Virus record (IMG/VR): IMGVR_UViG_3300030333_004437
Span: 1-59,925 of that record
Direction: 5' to 3' (one strand)
Length of the DNA: 59,925 nt
From: a virus
Lineage: Duplodnaviria; Caudoviricetes
The notes beneath the pieces were generated by a model. That model saw nothing but the letters and a program-made list of their open reading frames with translations. It did no database searches and was not told the DNA's origin. The position numbers were made by a program, and so were the translations under genes. This document shows positions 8,078-17,357 of this stretch, piece by piece (position 1 is the stretch's first letter; each line of letters opens with the position of its first letter).

Positions 8078-9007
8078 GTGCTTGAAAACTTTAAAATATT
8101 TCCAAAGCTAGTAGGGTTATCAGCATTATTAGTGGCAGGAAGCGCAGCTTTCTTTTCTGTATTTGGTTTATCCAAACTATTTGCAGGTGCTACTTTATCT
8201 GTTATTATTATGGCAGGAAGTTTAGAATTTGCTAAACTAATAGCTGCCTCGTTTTTATATAGGTATTGGACTCAAGTAAATAATTTCTTAAAATACTACT
8301 TGATGATAGGTACTATAGTTTTAGTATTGATTACATCCGCAGGTATCTTCGGATATCTGTCTAATGCTTATCAAGGTGCTACTGTAGCGTTTGAAAAACA
8401 AACAACTGCTTTGTTAGCATATGAAGATAGGTTAGAACAACTTGAAGAAGATAAGGTGTTTTTAAAAGAGGAGCTTGATGCTCAGATTGCAAGTTTACCT
8501 GAAAACTATATCACGGCTAAACGTAAACTACGTGAGGATTTTAATCCACAAATACAAAACGTAAATGCTGAGATGTTAGATATAAAAGGTAAGATAGGTG
8601 ATTTAAAGATTGAGTTAGTTGAAACAGGTGTTGATGTAGGACCTGCAATATATCTTGCAAGAACTTTTGAAACTGATGTGGATACAGTTGTAAAGTTTTT
8701 CATATTCATATTGATATTTGTTTTTGACCCAATGGCTATAGCTTTAGTTATAGCATTCAATATGGCTATGGGATATAAGGAATTAGAAATATACCAAAAA
8801 GAAGAGCAGGTAAATACTCTTTTTAAAAAGTATAAAAAAGAAAAACCTAAAACTTTTACAAGAGATGAAAAGAAAAAGATTGTGGATGTAGAAGAAGAGA
8901 AACCAAAACCTAAAACAAAAAAAATAGAATACGTAGAAGAAAAACCTATTGATAAAAGAGTATTTGGCAAAGATGCAGCAATACCACCAAGAGGAAATAA
9001 GAAGTAA
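8078..9007 (+). CDS. Multi-pass membrane protein with coiled coil
   Basis: Three N-terminal TM segments, a coiled coil, a fourth TM (FIFILIFVFDPMAIALVIAF) and a Lys/Glu-rich tail. Confidence 0.7.
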   Translation: MLENFKIFPKLVGLSALLVAGSAAFFSVFGLSKLFAGATLSVIIMAGSLEFAKLIAASFLYRYWTQVNNFLKYYLMIGTIVLVLITSAGIFGYLSNAYQGATVAFEKQTTALLAYEDRLEQLEEDKVFLKEELDAQIASLPENYITAKRKLREDFNPQIQNVNAEMLDIKGKIGDLKIELVETGVDVGPAIYLARTFETDVDTVVKFFIFILIFVFDPMAIALVIAFNMAMGYKELEIYQKEEQVNTLFKKYKKEKPKTFTRDEKKKIVDVEEEKPKPKTKKIEYVEEKPIDKRVFGKDAAIPPRGNKK

Positions 9008-9707
9008 ACTTGATAAAGTAAATCGAGATTTACAACTACATTGTAGTAAGACAAACTTACAACCTTACTACAAACCTAACATTAGTTTAGATACTGTAAG
9101 TTACGATGTTAACTTAGGTAGCTTTTCTAATCAGATAAGAACTAAAGGTTATTTTGTAGTTGATGATTTTTTCAATCACTCTGTCCTGTATGAGATGAAT
9201 AATTTCTTACTAACACATCCATACTCTTCAGCTAGTGATTCAGGCGTACATCATTTAAACGTTCCGTTTTGTAAAATTATAGTTGAGGATGTTAAAGCTG
9301 TTTACAGAGATTTAGAAAATTATGAGCTTGATAAATCATTTTTTACTTTACATTGGTATGATGAACCAACTGCATTATTTTACAATAGATACGATGGTAT
9401 AAAGTTAGAAGTATTTTTAACACCTACAGAACATAATTTAATAGAATCTCTTGGTGGAATCTCTTTACATAAACCTGACAACTCTTTTGTATCAAGCACT
9501 ACACCATTTTATACACACGTAGATTACAAAGAAATGAAAACTAATATAGAAGGCGCACCTTTTTATGATAAATACATAGGTTATAAATTCAATAGAGCTG
9601 TATTCACAGATTACAGCTTAGTAACATCATCTCCTGATATAAGATTTGAGAATGAAGTTCACAAAGCTAAAAAATCTATTAATATTTTTTTGAAAAAAAA
9701 GACTTGA
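8949..9707 (+). CDS. Hypothetical protein, possibly degenerate 2OG-Fe(II) oxygenase fold
   Basis: YFVVDDFF N-terminal and YKFNRAVF C-terminal motifs resemble the oxygenases, but no HxD...H triad is evident. Confidence 0.45.
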   Translation: MIKEYLAKMQQYHQEEIRSKLDKVNRDLQLHCSKTNLQPYYKPNISLDTVSYDVNLGSFSNQIRTKGYFVVDDFFNHSVLYEMNNFLLTHPYSSASDSGVHHLNVPFCKIIVEDVKAVYRDLENYELDKSFFTLHWYDEPTALFYNRYDGIKLEVFLTPTEHNLIESLGGISLHKPDNSFVSSTTPFYTHVDYKEMKTNIEGAPFYDKYIGYKFNRAVFTDYSLVTSSPDIRFENEVHKAKKSINIFLKKKT

Positions 9708-9733
9708 CATATATATTTAAAAGTTTGTAAGAT
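9704..9733 (+). promoter_or_regulatory. Sigma70-type early promoter
   Basis: A-tract, TTGACA, 18-bp spacer, TAAGAT. Confidence 0.7.
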
Positions 9734-9759
9734 CCATTATGTTACAAGAGGAATGTATT

Positions 9760-10095
9760 ATGAAATCACTAGAGTGTAAAAAATGTGGACGTTTAGTTAC
9801 TAACGTTGGTGAAGATACGAGTACTGTAACGTGTTCATATTGTACCCTAAAAGCTGTTGGATTGCCTGAAGATAAAACAAGAACTTCTTCAGGCAAACCG
9901 CCTGGTTGGCACTTTATGAATGAATTTGTTGATAAAGATGGTAACGTATTTCATAGAGGTAAAGAGCAACCAAAGCTAAAAGGTACATTATCACCCACAA
10001 AAATCAGTAAGAAAAAAATTAAACGACGTACACAAAAAGAAATAGAAGCTGAAAAAATAGCAAAGTATCGAAAAGAAAAAGCAAAAGTAAAATAA
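9760..10095 (+). CDS. Zn-ribbon-containing hypothetical protein
   Basis: CKKC...CSYC, then PPGWHFMNEFVDKDGNVFHRG; GAGGA RBS before the ATG at 9760. Confidence 0.65.
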   Translation: MKSLECKKCGRLVTNVGEDTSTVTCSYCTLKAVGLPEDKTRTSSGKPPGWHFMNEFVDKDGNVFHRGKEQPKLKGTLSPTKISKKKIKRRTQKEIEAEKIAKYRKEKAKVK

Positions 10096-10098
10096 TAA

Positions 10099-10320
10099 AT
10101 GTGGCAACGTGAGCAACTAAGTTTAAAAAGACACTTATCTGATATAAGTTTTAATATACAAGAATTAAGAGTTATGTTAGATGAGTTATATATGAATGAA
10201 GAATTTGAGAATGACAACAAATGGGCTTACGAGAGGGTTACTAATTCACTTGATAAACTTTTTGTGATAAGAAAAGATTTTGAAAAGTTAACAGAAAAGG
10301 TTGAGGAAAACGATGTTTGA
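10099..10320 (+). CDS. Hypothetical protein
   Basis: 73-aa helical ORF within the operon. Confidence 0.55.
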   Translation: MWQREQLSLKRHLSDISFNIQELRVMLDELYMNEEFENDNKWAYERVTNSLDKLFVIRKDFEKLTEKVEENDV

Positions 10321-10393
10321 ATTTATCGTAGTTCTACTATTATTTTATATTGCAGTAAATATGAATAACAACACTAGACCACCGAGGTTTTAA
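10313..10393 (+). CDS. 26-aa hydrophobic peptide (not in the ORF track)
   Basis: GAGG RBS, MFEFIVVLLLFYIAVNMNNNTRPPRF; the stop overlaps the uvsE start (TAATG). Confidence 0.45.
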   Translation: MFEFIVVLLLFYIAVNMNNNTRPPRF

Positions 10394-11337
10394 TGAGAAT
10401 TGGTTATGCTTGTATAAATATGCAACTATCATACCCACAAAAGTGGGGTGGACAAGAAAGAGGTGTAAAACCTATTACTACAGGTCGTAGTATGATTCGT
10501 AGAACCTTTGATACTAAAGGTTTAGATTACGCTTCAGAGGTTACACTAAACAATGTAAGAGATTTAGATAAGATTATCGATTGGAATATTCTCAATGGAT
10601 ATGATTTTTTTCGTATCACAAGTGGATTGGCTCCGTGGAAATCTGAGTATAAGTGGGATGATTTGAAAGATATTGACGATATTAGAATGTGGTTACATTC
10701 AGCAGGTGTGAAAGCTAAGACACATAACATCCGTATCACATCACATCCAGGTCCATTCAATGTTCTTACATCACCTCACGAACACGTTGTCAAAAATTGT
10801 ATTGGTGATTTGACAGACCACGGTGATGTTTTTGATATGATGAATCTTAGCAGAACACCATACAACAAAATCAACATCCACTTGGGTGGTGCATATGGTG
10901 ATAAAAAAGCTGCTATGGATAGATTTTGTAAAAATTTTGAAAAACTGCCTGAGTCAGTTCAGACACGATTAACAGTGGAGAATGATGACAAGGCTTCAAT
11001 GTACTCAGTTAAGGAGTTATACAATGGAATATATAAACGAATTGGCGTGCCCATCGTGTTTGACTACCATCACCATCGCTTCTGTAGCGGTAGCCTCACA
11101 GAGCAAGAGGCTTTGGAATTGGCTATGTCAACTTGGCCCCAAGAGATAATACCTGTAGTTCACTATTCAGAATCACGTTCTATAGAACAAGAGGATGATA
11201 AGATTAAACCACAGGCACATTCTGATTATGTCTACGATTATATTGATACCTATGGTAATGTCGTAGACATAATGATTGAGGCTAAACATAAGGAATTAGC
11301 AGTTCAAAAATACAGAGAACTACATTATGCCAGCTAA
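10393..11337 (+). CDS. uvsE: UV damage endonuclease
   Basis: MRIGYACIN, FFRITS, HPGPFNVL, NIHLGG, LTVENDD, PIVFDYHHH, HYSES, AHSDY and EAKHKE motifs. Confidence 0.92.
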   Translation: MRIGYACINMQLSYPQKWGGQERGVKPITTGRSMIRRTFDTKGLDYASEVTLNNVRDLDKIIDWNILNGYDFFRITSGLAPWKSEYKWDDLKDIDDIRMWLHSAGVKAKTHNIRITSHPGPFNVLTSPHEHVVKNCIGDLTDHGDVFDMMNLSRTPYNKINIHLGGAYGDKKAAMDRFCKNFEKLPESVQTRLTVENDDKASMYSVKELYNGIYKRIGVPIVFDYHHHRFCSGSLTEQEALELAMSTWPQEIIPVVHYSESRSIEQEDDKIKPQAHSDYVYDYIDTYGNVVDIMIEAKHKELAVQKYRELHYAS

Positions 11338-11449
11338 AAATAAAAAACCATCAAATGGTAAAGGTGATAGAAATCGTGTAGCTGATAAAAAAAGATACGA
11401 TAAAAATTGGGAAAAAATATTTGGAAAGAAAAATGCTAAACGTAATTAA
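11327..11449 (+). CDS. Small basic 40-aa protein (not in the ORF track)
   Basis: MPAKNKKPSNGKGDRNRVADKKRYDKNWEKIFGKKNAKRN; bridges uvsE and def; GKG...NWxxIF resembles small phage proteins. Confidence 0.55.
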   Translation: MPAKNKKPSNGKGDRNRVADKKRYDKNWEKIFGKKNAKRN

Positions 11450-12020
11450 TTGTTTAAAAGAATTTAATCCAGTAATCCAAAGAAAGTTAAAAGAGGTAAG
11501 TATAGATGAAGGATTGGATATTGCGAAAGATTTATTTAATGTCCTCAACAAGCGGAAAGATGGCATTGGGTTGGCAGCTAATCAGGTTGGTATTGATGCT
11601 AGCGTTGCTGTGGTTAATGTTAAGGAACCTTTGATACTTATAAATCCTAAGATTGTAAAGGTTTGGGATGAGATACCTTACTATGAGGGTTGTTTATCTT
11701 ACCCAAAAAAAGGTATTCAAACAAAACGATATAAGAATATTATTGTAAAAACTGCACAAGAGGATTCAGATTGGTATTTTAGTGGAGCACCTAATCCAAG
11801 TGATGGTAAAGGTAGTTGGGAAGAAACTCACAATAAAAAACACGATGAAGAACAAAGATTATTAGAAGCAATATGTGTTCAACACGAAATAGACCACTTA
11901 AATGGTATGACTATACACGATAGACAAATGATTACCACCATAACTACTCAAGATAAAGTTGGAAGAAACGATCCTTGTGTTTGTGGTAGTGGTAAGAAAT
12001 TTAAAAAATGTTGTATGTAA
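11433..12020 (+). CDS. def: Peptide deformylase with C-terminal SEC-C metal-binding motif
   Basis: GIGLAANQVG, EGCLS and QHEIDHLNG motifs; ends KVGRNDPCVCGSGKKFKKCC. Confidence 0.92.
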   Translation: MLNVINCLKEFNPVIQRKLKEVSIDEGLDIAKDLFNVLNKRKDGIGLAANQVGIDASVAVVNVKEPLILINPKIVKVWDEIPYYEGCLSYPKKGIQTKRYKNIIVKTAQEDSDWYFSGAPNPSDGKGSWEETHNKKHDEEQRLLEAICVQHEIDHLNGMTIHDRQMITTITTQDKVGRNDPCVCGSGKKFKKCCM

Positions 12021-12022
12021 CC

Positions 12023-12030
12023 TATTTATA
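12023..12030 (+). promoter_or_regulatory. Putative phage late-promoter motif TATTTATA
   Basis: The same word recurs in short intergenic gaps ahead of operon starts (3496, 12023, 17849, 23655, 35622, 58557). Confidence 0.5.
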
Positions 12031-12063
12031 GATGACACTTTAAATCCAATTTAGGAGAATACT

Positions 12064-13323
12064 ATGGCGTGTGGTTGTGGTGGAGAATGCTGCATTAGCG
12101 AATCAAAAACAATAAAATCGATTCAGAATCTAGCGGATAAAAATAAGTACGGTACTGTATCAGGCACTAGGATGAATGGTAAGACTGCTAAAGAAATTAT
12201 AGCTATTTATAATCATCCAAAAATGAAAAGTTTTCGTGGTAAAATGGATAAAATGAAATCACACGAACTAATGGATTTGACTATTAGGTTACCAAAAATG
12301 TTAGGTATTAAAGTTGAATCCGTAAATGAAGTTAGTTCATATGGTGAGTATGTTGAAGATAATGCTAGAATGTTAGCACAAGATTATAGACGACAAGATA
12401 AAAAATTAGCAAAAGCACTAGACCATATAGCCGATAGAATAAACCAAAGTTATCCAGGTAGAAATAGAATCACAAAAAACGATGTAAAAGATATTATTAA
12501 ACAACCCTATAACCGTAAACTTATGAGACCTATGATGAGATTTAATTTAGATGATTTATTTGAATCAGTAAATGAAAAAGTAGGTAAAGTTGGTGCAATC
12601 AAAAAAGCATTTCCGTGGGCAAAGGGTAAGATGATGAATGTTATACAAATGGCTATTGAGATGGATGTGGATGGATTGGCAGGTGTAATGAAAAACTATA
12701 AGAAAAACCCATCAGCTTACAAACAATTTGTTAGAGATATGTCAAAGATGAAAGGGTTACCCTCTTTAGAAGAAATGAAAGATGCGATGAAAAATGCAAT
12801 TCATCAGGTAAAAACTTTTGATAAACCATCAAATGCAAAACTTATGACAATTAAGGTAATCAATAAACTCAAACAAAAAAGAAATAGTTCAAAATCAGCA
12901 TCAAATAAAAAAGAATTACAAAAGATGATTGATAAAGTTGAGGGTGATTATAAAAAAGGTAAGTACTTAAAAGAATCAGTAGATGAAGCTACATCTTTAG
13001 GAGCTGATATGCTTTTAGGTGGTATAGCTACCGTTATTAAAAAGGCAGGTATGAGACCTATGACGGCTAAAATGATGGGTGGTGGATTCAAAGTCAGTAA
13101 AAGAGATAAGGTTGGATTCAAAATTGAAGTTGAGATTCGTGGTATGGATAAAAAGAAAACATTCCCACTACAATTTGAAACTGAAAGAGGTATGTTGTAC
13201 GTAGTGATTAAAAACAAACCAATCAAATTAGGTAAATACACAATGGTTGCACAAGCAGCTCAAAACTTAAAAAAAGTTGGAATGGCTTTGATTGGCGATA
13301 AAGACGTTAAGAGGATAGCATAA
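12064..13323 (+). CDS. Modular basic protein, putative internal head (packaged) polyprotein
   Basis: Lys/Met-rich segments separated by ESVNE/ESVNE/ESVDE; N-terminal MACGCGGECC; AGGAG RBS. Confidence 0.55.
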   Translation: MACGCGGECCISESKTIKSIQNLADKNKYGTVSGTRMNGKTAKEIIAIYNHPKMKSFRGKMDKMKSHELMDLTIRLPKMLGIKVESVNEVSSYGEYVEDNARMLAQDYRRQDKKLAKALDHIADRINQSYPGRNRITKNDVKDIIKQPYNRKLMRPMMRFNLDDLFESVNEKVGKVGAIKKAFPWAKGKMMNVIQMAIEMDVDGLAGVMKNYKKNPSAYKQFVRDMSKMKGLPSLEEMKDAMKNAIHQVKTFDKPSNAKLMTIKVINKLKQKRNSSKSASNKKELQKMIDKVEGDYKKGKYLKESVDEATSLGADMLLGGIATVIKKAGMRPMTAKMMGGGFKVSKRDKVGFKIEVEIRGMDKKKTFPLQFETERGMLYVVIKNKPIKLGKYTMVAQAAQNLKKVGMALIGDKDVKRIA

Positions 13324-14342
13324 TGATTAAGTTAAAAGATATTATAAGAGAATCCAAATCTTCAGGTGTATTATCAGAAGCATTTAGAAGTTCCATTCTT
13401 AGAAAAATGGTGAATAACTTTCAAGGTTTAGATAGAGACTTCTTCACCTATGGTGCAAAACTTGGTGTTCAATGGGATAAGGTTACAGATAGCCAAATCG
13501 AAAAGAATCCAAAACCTAAGAAAAAAGGTATAGAGTTTGCAGTCGCAACAAAAAAGATTACATTACCATCTAAAAAAAGATATGGTGATTACAATTCGAT
13601 TTCAGAAGTAGAAAAGGGTACTGCACTTATTGTACTAAAAGATGGTAAACCACTTTGGTATACAAAATCTTGGAGAAATGTAGACAGAAAACGTAAAGGG
13701 GCTACAGGAAAAGGTATGGGGATGCAAGCTGGTATAAGAAGTTCACTATATGGTGATGATAAGATGTCTTTTGGTATCGATAAGTTTGGATACCAAAGTT
13801 TATCTGCTGTTCAATCACTACCTGGCATTGTTTACTATCAAGTTACTTTAGATGAAAATATGCCTTATATGGGTGGTAAAGAAAAAAGAGAAATGAGATA
13901 CGCAGTTGGTCAGGGTTCTTGGAGGTGGAAAACCGATGGTGAGTTCAGAGATGAAAACGAAAGAAAATATAGAAATTTACTTCGCCAGACATACAAAGAT
14001 AAAAATAAAGTGAATGCTAAAGTAAAAGCAGCAAAAGATTTTACCAATGGATTGATAGCCGCTGCTATCGGTGGTAAACCATCAGCTAAGTTTGATAGGT
14101 TACTAAAGCAGTATAATAGTTGGACTACAAATGAAGAGAAAAAGGTATACGAGTATATGTCTCAAATAACACGTGCTATGGAAGATTTATATGGTGCTTT
14201 CGGAAGATATATTGAATCATCAAAATATGATGAGGAACAAGAAAAGAAAAAGGGTGGAAAACTAGCCTACTATCGTGCAGAGGATGATGCTAGAGATGTT
14301 GGAGCCAAAGCTGGCAGAATACTACAAGGAAAGTTCCGATGA
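13323..14342 (+). CDS. Hypothetical basic protein with MIKLKDIIRE N-terminal tag
   Basis: 339-aa ORF; N-terminal motif shared with 14339, 38333 and 57783. Confidence 0.65.
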   Translation: MIKLKDIIRESKSSGVLSEAFRSSILRKMVNNFQGLDRDFFTYGAKLGVQWDKVTDSQIEKNPKPKKKGIEFAVATKKITLPSKKRYGDYNSISEVEKGTALIVLKDGKPLWYTKSWRNVDRKRKGATGKGMGMQAGIRSSLYGDDKMSFGIDKFGYQSLSAVQSLPGIVYYQVTLDENMPYMGGKEKREMRYAVGQGSWRWKTDGEFRDENERKYRNLLRQTYKDKNKVNAKVKAAKDFTNGLIAAAIGGKPSAKFDRLLKQYNSWTTNEEKKVYEYMSQITRAMEDLYGAFGRYIESSKYDEEQEKKKGGKLAYYRAEDDARDVGAKAGRILQGKFR

Positions 14343-14701
14343 TAAAACTCAAAGATTTATTGACAGAGCAAAAAACAGATACAGGCTTTGCATATAAAGA
14401 AAAAGATAATAAAGGTGAGGAGATAACTTTGGTAACAGATAATTTTCCCGCCGCCCGAGATGCTTCATCTAAAATTGTTAGTTTCGTAACCAAACCAAAA
14501 TTTGCTCATCAAGACCCTTACTATTCAGGTGGTGGTGTAGAACGAGAGGCATCGTTACAAAAACAAAAACCATATAAGATGACAGCAACTGAGAAAAATA
14601 TCATCAAAAAAATCTTGAAGAATCGTGAGGATAAATATTATATCGAAAAGGATAATTTTAGAGTTTCTGATATTTTAGATGCTTTAAATAGAAATAAATA
14701 A
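14339..14701 (+). CDS. Hypothetical protein with MIKLKDLLTE N-terminal tag
   Basis: 120-aa ORF; shared N-terminal motif. Confidence 0.65.
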   Translation: MIKLKDLLTEQKTDTGFAYKEKDNKGEEITLVTDNFPAARDASSKIVSFVTKPKFAHQDPYYSGGGVEREASLQKQKPYKMTATEKNIIKKILKNREDKYYIEKDNFRVSDILDALNRNK

Positions 14702-14702
14702 T

Positions 14703-15503
14703 ATGCCATCAGTAAGTAAAGCACAACAAAGATTTATGGGATTAGTTCACGCTTATAAAAAGGGTGAGATTCCAGCGAGTAAAGTTAGTAAGGCTGTAAA
14801 AGATGCAGCTAAATCAATGAAAAAGAAATCAACTAAAAAAATGGCTTCAACAAAACACAAGGGATTACCTAACAAGGTAAGACAAGAAACCTTAGATAAG
14901 TTAAGAGAATTAATTAGATTAGAACTTGAGGGTTGTGGTTATGTTATGTCAGCTGAAGACCCAACTTATAAATTAAAATCACCAGGTGGTACAGGTGAAG
15001 AAGATGAGAAATTAAAAGAGGGTAAACAATGTTTGTGTGAAAAGTGTTGGAAAGGATATAAGATACATCCTACTCGTAAAACAAAAGTATTGTTTGGTAA
15101 AAGATATCCTAATTGTATAAAGAACGAATCAGCTGAAACTATGAAGTTTAGAAGATTACCAAAGATATATAAAAATTTAAAAGATGCTCAAAGTGCAGTA
15201 CATAAACAATCTATGAAAAATTTAAGAAAAAGTACCATAACTAAAAATATGGTTGTTTTAAAAAGTTCTAAAGGTGGATTCCAAGTGGCTATACAAGAAT
15301 CAATAACTGAAGATGGACACACGGATGTAGCTAGTGCTAAAAGAAGTATGAAGTTAGTTGCAGAGGATGCACAAGAAGTATTACAAATGTTAACTATGTT
15401 AAATGATGAAGATTCACTACCAAGCTGGTGGATGAATAAAATTGCAGTTGTTCGTAATGATATAAATAAAGCAAGGGACTACTTAAAAAATCCTAATCAA
15501 TAA
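14703..15503 (+). CDS. Modular protein with DUF3008-like N-terminus
   Basis: MPSVSKAQQRFMG...ASTKHKGLP N-terminus, CWKGY...PNCIK module and ESITE-DGHTDV...LPSWW module. Confidence 0.6.
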   Translation: MPSVSKAQQRFMGLVHAYKKGEIPASKVSKAVKDAAKSMKKKSTKKMASTKHKGLPNKVRQETLDKLRELIRLELEGCGYVMSAEDPTYKLKSPGGTGEEDEKLKEGKQCLCEKCWKGYKIHPTRKTKVLFGKRYPNCIKNESAETMKFRRLPKIYKNLKDAQSAVHKQSMKNLRKSTITKNMVVLKSSKGGFQVAIQESITEDGHTDVASAKRSMKLVAEDAQEVLQMLTMLNDEDSLPSWWMNKIAVVRNDINKARDYLKNPNQ

Positions 15504-15511
15504 AAAAATAA

Positions 15512-16249
15512 ATGGTTTCAGTAACAAAAAATCTATTATCTGAAATAGACTTTCAAAATGTTCAATGGTTTTGTTATAATAAATTTATCGATGTAACAGA
15601 TACTATGAAGCATACTCACGAGAGAGCTATATGGGATAGAAATCTTGTATCAGATTATAATAAAACTACTATAATGCAAGTTGGTATATTTGGTGAAAAT
15701 GGGTTTGTGCATAAACAATACAATCCATACTCACATAAAAAACTTGATACTAATCAAAAAGTATATGATGAGATACCATATTCTATAGAAGAATTGAATG
15801 TTTATTTTCAACCACTTGTTAGGCGTATATTTGAAATGAAACAAGAGTTTGTAACAACATTTGATTCAGATTTTGATTACTTAGATATACATTGTTACAA
15901 ATGGAATTCACCAGGTGGTGGTATTGATTGGCATAACGATCCTGCTCGTGCTTATGATTTAGATGAAAACGAGCAAGAGGTTTTCAATGCAAAACAAATG
16001 CAAAGAGTTGGTGCAGGTAGCTTTTACGTACATAGTACTTGGATGGATAGGTGGCACGGAGAGTTACTAATTGAAGCAGGTGAAGATGCACCTCAAGGTG
16101 AGGTTATAGATGGTTGGTGGATAAAGCCAACACCAAACAAACTTGTAACTTTGAGAACAGGTGTAAATCATAGGGTAGCCAAAACATCAAATATGGCTAT
16201 GGATAGATTATCACTACAGATTTGGTTTAGTAAAGCAATAAGGAGTTAA
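15512..16249 (+). CDS. 2OG-Fe(II) oxygenase (prolyl-hydroxylase-like)
   Basis: IDWHND...W.DRWHGEL...PTPNKLV...HRV...RLSLQ. Confidence 0.8.
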   Translation: MVSVTKNLLSEIDFQNVQWFCYNKFIDVTDTMKHTHERAIWDRNLVSDYNKTTIMQVGIFGENGFVHKQYNPYSHKKLDTNQKVYDEIPYSIEELNVYFQPLVRRIFEMKQEFVTTFDSDFDYLDIHCYKWNSPGGGIDWHNDPARAYDLDENEQEVFNAKQMQRVGAGSFYVHSTWMDRWHGELLIEAGEDAPQGEVIDGWWIKPTPNKLVTLRTGVNHRVAKTSNMAMDRLSLQIWFSKAIRS

Positions 16250-16250
16250 A

Positions 16251-16562
16251 ATGATATATTTTTTATTAGGTGTTCTAGCACCCATAATCTTAAACCTTTT
16301 ACATATGGCTGTTAACGTGTACGTTTGTGTAGCACGAGGTAGTGTAATGAGTTTAGCATTTAGTGGAGCTAGTTTCGTAACCAAGAGTATTGGTATGGTT
16401 TTCTTAGCTTGGTTAGGTATAGCTGTTTTACAGCTAAACTTTAGAATTTATATACCTTTACTTTCTTTCTTTTGGTTCTTTACTCATCTTGTAGAAGCAT
16501 TCGTGATACAACATTATATACAACAAAACGTTCCAAAACATTTGAAGGAGATACAAATATGA
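16251..16562 (+). CDS. Small three-TM membrane protein
   Basis: AGGAG RBS; three hydrophobic helices; loose AtpI-like appearance, unverified. Confidence 0.6.
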   Translation: MIYFLLGVLAPIILNLLHMAVNVYVCVARGSVMSLAFSGASFVTKSIGMVFLAWLGIAVLQLNFRIYIPLLSFFWFFTHLVEAFVIQHYIQQNVPKHLKEIQI

Positions 16563-16771
16563 ACTTAACCTGGTTTTATTTTCATTGTGTTCTAGCACTT
16601 GTTATCATAGTGAAAGATTACAATGGTACATTAGAAGAGGACTTAAATAAATTTGAAGAGAGGTTAGGTATAAGAACAGAATTACCATCTGATTCAATAG
16701 AAAATGTTCCACCACCTTATTACATTAATCCACGAGAGGAGACAGAGAATGATTCTACAAGGATTTTTTAG
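16559..16771 (+). CDS. Hypothetical protein with N-terminal hydrophobic segment
   Basis: AGGAG RBS before the ATG at 16559 (MNLTWFYFHCVLALVIIV). Confidence 0.55.
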   Translation: MNLTWFYFHCVLALVIIVKDYNGTLEEDLNKFEERLGIRTELPSDSIENVPPPYYINPREETENDSTRIF

Positions 16772-17330
16772 CGGATTAGTTTTGTTCAGTAGCTTTGCTA
16801 TGAGAACACCTAATGATGAATCAATCACAAAAGATGATTATGAGTTATCATTAGGATTTAAATCTAAAACTATGTATCTCAAACGAGATTGGGAACGTGA
16901 GTTAGGTCAAAACTATATTGATGATGAAATATGGTTTGAGTGGAAACCTGGCTTACTTTACATCAAACCACAATATGTTAATAAGACATCTCGTAACTTA
17001 AAATATGGTAAAGCTGATATTCGTTATCGCCAAGGTGATTACTCATTTGGATATACTGGTTTATACTCAGATGAGAAATTTGAAAGTGGAGTATCCATAG
17101 GTGTTGTGAAGAAAAAAGAAATAAATCACACATTATCTTTACAGGCTAAGTGGGATGGGTATTTATTTAGAAATGAACTTACAGGTGATAGTAGATTTGA
17201 TATGGAAGAGAATGTAAGTTTAAATTGGAAAATCACGGATAAGATAGTATTTAGTAATATATTCGATTATAACGATATTAAAGATAAAAAGTACTACAAG
17301 TTCAAAGTAGGAATCGAATTTAGTCTTTGA
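16749..17330 (+). CDS. Putative outer-membrane beta-barrel protein
   Basis: Signal-peptide-like MILQGFFSGLVLFSSFA, alternating aromatic beta-strands and C-terminal YKFKVGIEFSL resembling a beta-signal; GAGGAG RBS. Confidence 0.55.
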   Translation: MILQGFFSGLVLFSSFAMRTPNDESITKDDYELSLGFKSKTMYLKRDWERELGQNYIDDEIWFEWKPGLLYIKPQYVNKTSRNLKYGKADIRYRQGDYSFGYTGLYSDEKFESGVSIGVVKKKEINHTLSLQAKWDGYLFRNELTGDSRFDMEENVSLNWKITDKIVFSNIFDYNDIKDKKYYKFKVGIEFSL

Positions 17331-17357
17331 TTGATATTTATTTTTGGAGAATAAATT

